Positions 50,309 to 64,000 of a stretch of 64,000 nucleotides of DNA are shown here, piece after piece. A program made the position numbers and the translations under genes. This DNA comes from the human T2T-CHM13v2.0 reference genome, Homo sapiens, in the NCBI RefSeq assembly GCF_009914755.1, contig NC_060933.1; one strand, given 5' to 3'. The notes beneath the pieces are model-generated. The model saw only the letters and a list, made by a program, of their open reading frames with translations. It made no database searches and had not been told where the DNA came from. The first letter of the stretch is position 1. Each line of letters begins with the position of its first letter.

Positions 50309-50428
50309 GTAAGCTTGTTTAGTCCTCTTGCTTCTCTTTATACTGTATCATCTTAATAATTTTATTAATATTTATTTGAATATTTACCTTTTATTCTAGG
50401 TATAATTTACTCTTTTGATTTTTTAAAG

Positions 50429-50548
50429 GTTGAATATGCAGACTGTGTTGATAAATTGGAGAAGGAACTAGTTTCAAAATACAGACAGCAGTTCGAAGAG
50501 CTTTATAAAACTGAAGCACCAACTTGGGAGACACATGGAAATCTCATG
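50429..50548 (+). CDS. NUP188: NUP188 exon 8 ([15 protein letters not shown]...THGNLM)
   Basis: AAG acceptor after a 120-nt intron; ATG|GTATGT donor. Confidence 0.93.
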
Positions 50549-50926
50549 GTATGTGGTTACTGTGCTCTCCTGTAACTTTTTTTTTTTAAGATGGAGTTTC
50601 CCTCTGTCACCCAGGCTGGAGTGCAGTGGCATGATCTCGGCTCACTGCAACCTCCATCTCCTGGTTTTAAGCAATTCTCCTACCTCAGTGGATTACAGGC
50701 ACCCGTCGTCACGCCCAGCCAATTTTTGCATTTTTAGTAGAGACAGGGTTTCACCATGTTGGCCAGGCTGGTCTCGAACTCCTGACCTCAGGTGATCCGC
50801 CCACCTCAGCCTCCCAAAGTGCTGGGATTACAAGTGTGAGCGACTACACCTGGCCTATAACTCTTAGGAGAATTGTATACCCTTGCTTATAGAGCTGCAA
50901 GTTAAATTATTTATTCATTCATTTAA

Positions 50927-51172
<246 letters not shown>

Positions 51173-51457
51173 TGAACTCCCGACCTCAGGTGATCCACCT
51201 GCTTTGGCCTCCAAGTGTTGGGGTTATGGGCATGAGCCACTGTGCCTGACCTAGGTTATCATTCTTGAGAAAAGTTTAAACATGTCATATAAATCAAAAT
51301 ATTGATGACATTAATTAATAGTACTTAATTCTGACTTTGACTTTTTTTCAATCCCATTAGTTTACTTTCATTTCTTACCTAAAATTTGTTTAGTGGTTAA
51401 TAGAATTCTGAACCTAATATATCATCTTATTATTTTCTGCTCAATGTGTAACACTAG

Positions 51458-51706
<249 letters not shown>

Positions 51707-52149
51707 TAGCCAGGATGGTCTCTATCTCCCCGCCTCAGCCTCCCAAAGTGCTGGGATTACAGGCGTGAGCCACCGCACCTGGCTATTTTATCCTAATTTC
51801 TAAACCAATTTGCATCTATCGATTATAGCATGACCTTGTTTGTTTTAAAAATAATACATTCTTATTAAAACACATCAAAAACACAGCTACTTAAAAAATA
51901 TTTAATAGATGAAAAGGGCCTATTTATACATATGACATTTCTGTCTCAGAAAGTTTGCAGTCAGAAGCATGAAATAGCAATAAAAGCATAAAATTCCCAG
52001 GAATAAGTTTAGGACAATATAAAATTTAAGTGAAGAGAACTTTAAAAATGCTATAAAAGGTGTAAAAGAAGACATAACTGAGGCTGGGCACAGTGGCTCA
52101 TGCCTGTAATCCTAGCACGGTGGGAGGCCAAGGCAGGCAGATTACTTTA

Positions 52150-52389
<240 letters not shown>

Positions 52390-52392
52390 TCA

Positions 52393-52922
<530 letters not shown>

Positions 52923-52970
52923 TCAAAAATAAATAAATAAATAAATAAATAACCAAAGGGAAAGACACAC

Positions 52971-53004
52971 TATATATATCTATATCTATATCTATCTATC
53001 TATC

Positions 53005-53037
<33 letters not shown>
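52971..53037. repeat. (TATC)n-(GATA)n compound microsatellite containing a perfect 34-bp palindrome (52989-53022)
   Basis: tatctatctatctatct|agatagatagatagata. Confidence 0.95.
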
Positions 53038-53055
53038 TTTTTTTTTTTTTTTTGA

Positions 53056-53160
<105 letters not shown>

Positions 53161-53589
53161 TGAGTAGCTGGGATTACAGGCATGTGCTACCACGCCCGGC
53201 TAATTTTGTATTTTTAGTAGATACAGGGTTTCTCCATGTTGGTCAGGCTGGTCTAGAACTCCCGACCTCAGGTGATCTGCCTGCCTTGGCCTCCAAAGCG
53301 CTGGGATTACAGGCGTGAGCCAGCCACCATGCCCGGCCTAGGACATACCATACTCTTTTTTTTTTTTTTGGACGGAGTTTTACTCTTGTTGCCCAGGCTG
53401 GAGTGCAATGGCATGATCTTGGCTCACCACAGTCTCCACCTCCTGGGTCAAGCAATTCTCCTGCCTCAGCCTCCTGAGTAGGTGGGATTAAAGGCATGCG
53501 CCACCACACCCAGCTAATTTTGTATTTTGAGTAGAGATGGGGTTTCTCCATGTTGGTCAGGCTGGTCTGGAACTCCTGACCTCAGGTGA

Positions 53590-53900
<311 letters not shown>

Positions 53901-55113
53901 TGACCCACCCACCTCTGCCTCCCAAAGTGCTGGGACTACAGGCGTGAGCCACTGTGCCCGGCACACCATATTCTTGAGTATAAAAACTTACACCGGGATG
54001 GGCATGGAGGTTGTGGTGAGCCAAGATCACACCACTTGCACCCCATCCTGGGCCACAGAGCGAGACTCTGTCTCAAAAAAAATTCATATGCAAAATAAGA
54101 ATAGCCGGCTGGGCTCAAGCAGTCCTCCCGCCTCAGCCTCTCAAAGTGCTGGGATTATAGGTGTGAGCCATTATTCGCAACTAAATTGATATACTTTTTA
54201 ATGGGAAGCATTTTGATAATATCTAAAAATTTACAAAGTACATATTTCTTGATTCAGCAGTTTTTTGTTTAATTATGATTTTTTAAATTGTGATAAAATA
54301 GACATAGCATAAAATTTACCATTTTAACTATTTTTAAGTAACTGTGACTATACTTTTACTTTTTCTGGAATTACATATAAATAGAACCACACAATATGTA
54401 GAATTTTCTGTTTGGCTTCTTTCAGTTAATGTCATGTTTTTGAGATTCATCCATGTTATATCATATACTAGTACTTCATTCTTATTTATGGTTGAGTAGT
54501 AAACATTCCATTGTGTGGATATACCATATTTTGTTTATCCATTTCTCAGTTGATAGCCAGCCATTTGTCATTTTTGTTTTTTGACTATTAGGAATAATGT
54601 GCTATGAACATTAGCATATGGGTTTTTTGACATAAGTTTTCATTTATCCTGGGTAAATAAATACCTGAGAGTGAGATTGCTGAGTCGTAAATGTAAATTT
54701 TTTTTTTTTTTTTTTTTTTGAGACGGAGTCTCGCTCTGTCGCCCAGGCTGGAGTTCAGTGGCGCGATTTCGACTCACTGCAACCTCTGCCTCCTGAGTTC
54801 AAGCGATTGTCCTGCCTCAGCCTCCTGAGTAGCTGGGATTACAGGCATGCATCACCACACCTGGCTAATTTTTGTATTTTTAATACTGGGATTACAGGCA
54901 TGAGCCACCATGCCCAGCCGTAAATGGAAATTTTTATAAAGAATTGATAAATTGTTTATCCATAGTGGCTATACCGTTTTGCATTCCCACCAGAAATGTA
55001 TGAGAATTCTTTTTGTTTGACATTGTCACCAACACTTGGTATGGCTGTTAATTTTAAACATCCTAAATAAGTATATAGTAATATCTCATTGTGGTTTGTT
55101 TGTTTTGAGATAG

Positions 55114-55411
<298 letters not shown>

Positions 55412-57023
55412 TAGTAGAGACAGGGTTTCACCGTGTTAGCCAGGATGGTCTCAATCTCCTGACCTTGTGATCCACCCGCCTAGGCCTCCCAAAGTGCTGG
55501 GATTACTGGTGTGAGCCACCACACCTGGTCTCACTGTGGTTTTAATTTGCATTTCCCTGATGACTAGTGATGTTGAACATCTTTTCACGTGCTTATTTAC
55601 TTACACCTTCTTCAGTCAAGTGTCTGTTCACATTTTTATCCCATTGTTTTTTGTGGATGTTTGTCTTATCAAATTGTCAGAGTTCTTTATATACAGTATT
55701 GTAAATATAAGCTATTTACCAGATAGATGTTTTACAACTTTTTTCTTCCACCTAGTGGCTTGTCTTTTCCCACCTTAATTCTTTTTTTTTTTTTTTGAGA
55801 CAAGGTCTCGGTTTGTCACTCAGACTGGAATCCAGTGGTGGGAACATGGTTCACTGCAGCCTCGACCTCCCTGACTCAAGTGACCCTCCTGTCACAGCCC
55901 CACAAGTAGCTGGGACTACAAGCGGGTACCACCATACCTGGCTAATTTTTGTATTTTTTTTTTTTTTTTGTAGAGATGGTTTTGCCATGTTGCCCAGGCT
56001 GGTCTTAAGCTCCTGAGCTCAAATGATTTATCTGCCTTGGCGCCTCCCAAAGTGCTGGGATGACAGGCATGAGCCACTGCTCCTAGACTGTATCTTTCCA
56101 AGAGCCAACATTTTAATTTTAATTTTTTTTTTTTTTTTTGAGACGCTCTCACTCAGTCACCCAGGCTGGAGTGCAGTGGCACGATGTTGGCTAAGTGTAA
56201 TCTCTGCCTCCCGGGTTCAAGGGATTCTGCTGCCTCCAGCCTCCCGAGTAGCTGGGATTACAGGCATGTGCCACCACGCCTTCCTAATTTGTGTTATTTT
56301 TAGTAGAGATGGGGTTTCGCCATGTTGGCCAGGCTAGTCTCACTCCTGACCTCAGGTCATCCACCCGTCTCGGCCTCCCAGAGTGCTAGGATTACAGGCA
56401 TGAGCCTCCTCACCCGGCCAAAATTTTAAGTTTTGATAAATGTTTTTGTCAGTTTTGTCTATTATGGCTCCTGCCTTTTGGAGCTTGTCCTTAAATGTTT
56501 GATAGAATTTACCAGTGAAGCCATCTGGGTCTGGAGTTTTCTTTGTGGGAAGGTTTTTAATTCTTTTATTTATTGATTAAAATTTTTTTATCTCTTTTTA
56601 AAATTTTCATCAAGTTTCTAACAAAGTTTTAAATACTGAATTGTTTTCCTTGATTGATACAGAGCTATTCAAGTTTCCTGTTTCTATTTGGGACAGTTTT
56701 GGTAATTTGTATCTTTTAAGGAATTTGTTCATTTCATTTCATTGGTGAAATCTATTTACATAAGGCTGTTCATATTATTTTCTTATGCTTTTACTCTCTT
56801 TAGAGTCTAGTGCTGTGCTCTTACTCATTTCTGATAATGGTAGTTTTTGTCTTCAATTTTCTTTATTAAAAAAAATTTTTTTTTGAGACAGAGTCTCACT
56901 CTATAGCCCAAACTGGAGTGCAGTGGCGCATTCTTGGCTCACTGCAACATCCACTTCTAGGGCTCAAGTGATTCTTGTGCCTCAGCATCCCAAGTAGATG
57001 GGAGTACAGGTGTGCACTATTAA

Positions 57024-57389
<366 letters not shown>

Positions 57390-57539
57390 TAGTAGAGATG
57401 GGGTCTCACCATGTTGGCCAGGCTGGTCTCGAACTCCTGACCTCATGATCTGCCTGCCTCGGCCTCCTAAAGTGCTGAGATTACAGGCGTGAACCACCGC
57501 GCCCGGACTCTCTCTCTTTTTTTAAAATAGATTTCTGCC

Positions 57540-57542
<3 letters not shown>

Positions 57543-57586
<44 letters not shown>

Positions 57587-57712
57587 GCCCAGCCTTGTTC
57601 TTTAGTTTTTATATATGTATATGTTTTTTCTCCCTTTTTAAATGGATTTCTGTCTCTGTCTGTCTCTGTGTCTGTGTGTGTGTGTGTGTGTGTGTGTTTG
57701 TGTGTGTGTATG
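57543..57712 (+). repeat. Two (GT)n microsatellites (about 57543-57587 and 57668-57712)
   Basis: Direct reading. Confidence 0.95.
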
Positions 57713-58937
57713 TGTTAGAAGTCTCACTGTCACGCAGAGTGAGACTCTCTGGATTTAATGTCCAAATATTGGATGTTTTTTGTAAATATCTGGGTTTTTT
57801 TTTTGAGACAGGTTCTTTCTCTGTTGCCCAGGCTGGAGTTTAGTGGCACAATCACGGCTCACTGCAGCCTTGACCTCCTGGGCTCAGGTAATCCTCCTAC
57901 CTCAGCCTCCCAACTAGCTAGGACTACAAGATGCTGCAGGTTTTGCCATGTTGCCCAGGCTAGTCTTGGACTCCCGGGCTGAAGGGATCTGACCACCTTG
58001 GCCTCCCAAAGTGCTGGGATTACAGGTGTGAAGTACTATAGCAGACGAAACATCTTATTGTTCTCAATGTTTTTATTTGATTCTGTTATCAGAGAACACA
58101 TTCTTTGTCATTTTAGTCTTCTAAAATTTACTGTCTCATGTTTTATGGCCTACCTTATGATCTTTCTTGGTGATTGTACCTGTACACCTGGAAAGAATGT
58201 CTAGTTGTTTTTTCAGTTGAATAGTATGAGTTTATTAGCAAGGGATTGGTAGTAACCTAAATGCTCATCCATCCAAGTGAGCAGGTAAAATCAATGATGG
58301 CATTTATGTGCAGTGGAATACTATGTAGTGTTAAAAATATTGAGTGTATTGGTTGAATAATCTATGGCATATCCACATAATGAATTATTATGCAAATAAA
58401 AGGATTAAAAATAGGGAGGGTTTTTGTGTGTGTGTGTGACAGAGTCTCACTGTGTCACCCAGGCTGGGGTACAGGGGCATGATTGTAGCCTACTGCAGCC
58501 TCAACCTCCCCAGCTCAAGTGACTCTCCTGCCTTAGGCTCCAGTGTAGCTGGGACTACAGGCATGCACCTCTATGCCTGGCTCATTTTTAAAAACTTTTT
58601 CTAGAGATGGAGTCTCACTGTGTTTCCCAGACTAGTCTTGAACTCCAGGCCTCAAACAGTCCTCCCACTTTGGCCTCCCAAAGTATTCAAGTATTAGGCT
58701 TATAGACGTGAGCCACCCTGCTAGTCCAGAAAATTTTTACTATACCTTTATAGGAGATAATTTTTAAGATACATTGTTGCAGCTGGGTGTATGGTGGCTC
58801 AGGCCTGTAATCCCACCACTTTGTGAGGTGAAGGTGGGAAGATTGGTTGAGCCCAGGAATTCAAGACCAGCCCTGGCAACATAGCAAGACCTTGCTTCTA
58901 CAAAAAATTTAAAAAATTGGCTGGGCGCGGTGGCTCA

Positions 58938-59301
<364 letters not shown>

Positions 59302-59915
59302 TCAAAGCTGCAGTGAGCTGTGGGTGTACTCTGGGTGTACTCTGGGTGACAGAGCGAGACCCTCTCTCAAAAGAAAAGATACATTGGTTGGCTGGGCACA
59401 GTGGCTTACGCCTTTAATCCCAGTGCTTTGGCCTCCCAGGAGGATCGATTGAGGCTAGGAATTCAAAACCAGCCTGTGCAACATAGCAAGACCTGTTCTC
59501 TTCCAAAAATTTAAAAAAAGAAAAAATGAGCTGGGCATGTTTGTGCTCACTTTTAGTCCTAACTACTCGAGAGGCTCAGGTGAGAGGGCAGCTGCCATAA
59601 GCTATAATTGTACTGCTGCACTCCAGCCTGGGTGATAGAGTCAGACCCTGTCTCTTAAAAAAAAAGCAAAAAATCTGTCTCTTAAAAAAAAAAATTAAAT
59701 ACGGACCAGGTGCAGTGGCTTGCGCCTGTAGTCTCAGCTATTTAGGAGGCTGAGGTAGGAGGATCAGTTGCGTGTAGCAGTTTGAGCAGCCATAATCTGC
59801 CACTGCACTGTATCCTGGGTGACAGATTGAGACCCTTTCTTTAAAAAATGTTCTTTAAGTACTGTTTTTAATCTCATGTTATTTCTCTCCCATTTTGTTT
59901 TCATTGGTTGTACAG

Positions 59916-60127
59916 ACAGAGCGCCAAGTGTCTCGCTGGTTTGTTCAGTGCCTTCGGGAACAGTCCATGCTGCTAGAAATTATTTTCCTTTATTATGCAT
60001 ACTTTGAGATGGCACCCAGTGACTTACTTGTATTAACCAAGATGTTTAAAGAGCAAGGATTTGGTAGTAGGCAGACCAATAGGCACCTGGTGGATGAGAC
60101 TATGGATCCTTTTGTAGATCGGATTGG
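59916..60127 (+). CDS. NUP188: NUP188 exon 9 (TERQVSRWFVQCLREQ...FVDRIG)
   Basis: CAG acceptor; TGG|GTAAGT donor. Confidence 0.95.
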
Positions 60128-60595
60128 GTAAGTCAGTGAATTGAACATCATGGAACTTGCAGTGTTTAGAGCATTGATACTATAGTGGTATGTAAGCAGG
60201 TAGGGGGTAGGTGTACTTTTCACTTAATCGGTGGGGAAATAGGTCTACTGCCACGTTCCCTTTCATGCAGGGAGTAAAGACTGGGATTGAGAGAGGACTC
60301 TCAAAATGAGTATTGTAATCTGCTCTTTTACTTACTGTCTTCATTTAAGGGGTTCATTCATTCATTGAACAAAAATTCGTTGAACAACTATTGTAGGCCA
60401 AGCACTATGCAAATGCTAACAAGATAGTGATAAATAAGGCATATATGCTTGCTCTTCTCTTTCAGGTGATAGTCTATGGACTTTAAATTTCTTGTTTTTT
60501 CTCTATTTATGACCGTGGATATATCCATAACTGGGGGCCTGGTCACTCTGTGAGCAAAGATATATACCAGTTAATTTTGTGTGTGTGTGGTATAG

Positions 60596-60721
<126 letters not shown>

Positions 60722-60809
60722 TGATATCGCAGTGTCTTATATCTCACCTTTGTCTCTAGTGAGTTTCAGAACGGGATATATAACATGGTGATACTATTTT
60801 TCTTTCTAG

Positions 60810-60924
60810 CTACTTCAGTGCCCTCATCCTGGTGGAGGGCATGGATATCGAGTCCTTGCATAAGTGTGCTTTGGATGACAGAAGAGAACTGCATCAGTTT
60901 GCGCAGGATGGGCTTATTTGTCAG
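60810..60924 (+). CDS. NUP188: NUP188 exon 10 (YFSALILVEGMDIESLHKC...LICQ)
   Basis: TAG acceptor; CAG|GTGACT donor. Confidence 0.94.
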
Positions 60925-61001
60925 GTGACTTGGAATAGCCTCTTTTTTTTCAGAGGGTTTATAAGTTAGTAGTAGCTTTCAATTATTGAACTGCTGCATA
61001 A

Positions 61002-61277
<276 letters not shown>

Positions 61278-61280
61278 TGA

Positions 61281-61647
<367 letters not shown>

Positions 61648-62167
61648 TAAACAGTTGATTAGACCTGGAGGAAATCTCAGGTTCGTCAGTCATCTATACC
61701 AAGGTGATAATTGAGTCTGTGAGAGTGATTCATTCATGGAGATGGTACAAGGACAAAAGAGGCCCAAGGAGAAAACCCTGGGGATTGACTGCATTTAAGG
61801 AGCCTGTGAAAGAAGAGGAAAGGGGAAAAACATTGAGATGAGATGGTTAGGAAGATAGAAAATGAAGATAGAGCATAGAAAGTTTGAGAAGGATCAGGAT
61901 AAAATTTCTAAGGAATGTATCGTAACATGCATTTTATAATCTTAAGACTACATAAAATTAGTAGACAAATTTTGTGGGTAAAGGAAGAGTAATTGTAATT
62001 GAGGGGTTTATTAGTGAGGTGACTGGGGGTTTGAGAAGAGTGAAATATCAGAATGAGAGAGTGAGGCCACTCTTTATGGCTTGCTTATTGAGCGTGATGA
62101 AGAATCTGGTCGAGGGATATTAACACTTTCTGTTCGGAGATGTAGATGTGTTTTCTTCTCTCACTAG

Positions 62168-62368
62168 GATATGGACTGTTTAATGTTGACCTTTGGGGAC
62201 ATTCCACATCATGCCCCAGTGCTTTTGGCCTGGGCTCTCCTCCGTCACACTCTGAACCCAGAAGAGACAAGCAGTGTGGTCCGGAAGATAGGTGGCACAG
62301 CCATCCAGCTGAATGTGTTTCAGTACTTGACCCGATTGCTCCAGTCCCTTGCCAGTGGGGGAAATGAT
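62168..62368 (+). CDS. NUP188: NUP188 exon 11 (DMDCLMLTFGDIPHHAPVLLAW...SGGND); gene continues beyond the window
   Basis: TAG acceptor; GAT|GTGAGT donor; exons 1-11 sum to 1113 nt with no stop. Confidence 0.95.
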
Positions 62369-62799
62369 GTGAGTTTAAGGCTCTGGGTGGTGAGCATGGG
62401 AGTGAGCCGGCAGAAGCATTATAATAATGTAATAGTTATAATGGTGGTGTGGATAATGGGATCATGTTGTAACTAACCTTTTGAGAGCATTTAGACATCA
62501 TCAGGCATTATTTATAATGTTTATGAACATTATCTTTTTGAATCCTTGTAACACTTCTTCGTGTTAAAGATTATCATTCTGTTTTATACATTAGGAAATT
62601 GAGACTCAGAGAGATGTAATTTGCCCAAAGCAACAAAAATGCCAGTAAATGGTAGATAACGGTTTGAACTCTTTGCCAGTAAAGTATGTCTTAAGAAGAT
62701 AGCTTTGGCCATATTGACTGGAGAAGTCACTTTCAGGGGACTTAATCAACTGTAACAAGATGAATTAGAAATTCTCTTGAGTCTTATGTTGGGGTTTGA

Positions 62800-63008
<209 letters not shown>

Positions 63009-63484
63009 TAGTAGAGACGGGGTTTTACCATCTTGGCCAAGCTAGTCTTGAACTCCTGACCTCGTGATCCACCCGCCTCGGCCTCCCAAAGTGCTGGGAT
63101 TACAGGCGTGAGCCACCGTGCCCAGCTAGTGAGCTCGTTTTGACATGGTGAAATGAAACCTCAGGTTCAGCAATTATTTTTTCCTTTCCTTTTTCTTTTT
63201 TTTGAGACTGAGTCTTGCTCTATTGCCCAGGCTGGAGTACAGTGGATCTCAGCTCACTGCAACCTCTGCCTCCCGGGTTCAAGTGATTCTCGTGCCTCAG
63301 CCTCCCAAGTAGCTGGGATTACAGGCACCTGCCACCATGCCCGGCTATTTTTTGTATTTGTAGTAGGGATGGGGTTTCACCATGTTGGCAAGGCTGGTCT
63401 CAAACTACTGATCTCAAGTGATCTGCCCACCTCAGCCTCCCAAAGTTCTGGGATTACAGGTGTGAGCCACCGTGCCCGGCCAAA

Positions 63485-64000
63485 TCAGCAATTATACTCC
63501 TTGGTTGGTACGCATTTGCCCAAAGGCGTTGAAAACATATCCACACAAAAACATACACACAGACCTTTATAGCAGCTTTATTCGTAATTACTAAAACTCG
63601 AAAGCAACTAAAAGGTCCTTCAGTAAGTATAACTAAACTGTTGTACATCTAGATGATGGAATATTTATATACTGCTAAATGAGCCATCAAACCATGAAAA
63701 GACATGGAGAAGACATTAAATGCATATTAGTAAATGAAGCCAATCTAAAAAGGCTTCATAGTATATGATTCCAACTACGTGACATTCTGGAGAAGGCAAA
63801 ACCTTGGAGACATTAAAGAGAATAGTGGGTTGCCAACGGTCTAGTGGAGCAGGAGGTCTGAATTAGGTAGAACACAGAGGATTTCACAGAGGATTTTTAG
63901 GGCAGTGAAGCTATTCCATGTGATACTACAATGGTGGATACATGTCATACTTGTCCAAAAATCCATACAATGTACAACACAAGAGTGACCCTTAGTGTAA
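63485..64000 (+). mobile_element. Old L1M (L1MB/MC-like) ORF2 end and 3' UTR fragment
   Basis: cagcaattatactcc...gcagctttattcgtaat...tatatgattccaactacgtgacattctggagaaggcaaaac...gatactacaatggtggatacatgtca. Confidence 0.8.

Overview
Human-like (primate) genomic DNA, recognisable from the encoded proteins and their order as the 9q34.11 cluster LRRC8A-PHYHD1-DOLK-NUP188. The window starts inside the large coding exon of LRRC8A (+; volume-regulated anion channel subunit) and contains its last intron, last exon and 3' UTR. It then holds the complete 11-coding-exon PHYHD1 gene (+; 291-aa 2-oxoglutarate/Fe(II) oxygenase) and the intronless DOLK gene (-; 538 aa). The first 11 coding exons (371 codons) of NUP188 (+) follow; NUP188 shares a compact bidirectional CpG promoter with DOLK. 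Introns are saturated with Alu elements, plus MIR, old L1 and DNA-transposon fragments, and most ORFs in the supplied track are Alu or GC-bias artefacts. I saw no tRNA, rRNA or CRISPR. The most interesting signals are in RNA processing: (1) a 34-nt poison cryptic exon in NUP188 intron 3 directly followed by a UG repeat (TDP-43-type architecture); (2) a 22-nt PHYHD1 microexon that switches between two reading frames, both open across the last four exons; (3) phase-perfect potential for an in-frame PHYHD1-NUP188 read-through running antisense over DOLK; (4) a BC200 RNA retrocopy beside that microexon; (5) a mirror-image DOLK/NUP188 promoter with a strong-Kozak uORF on the DOLK side; (6) a latent 35-aa intronic tail that would replace the last 91 aa of LRRC8A. 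I found no convincing wholly new gene system. Exon boundaries were read base by base; repeat boundaries are approximate.
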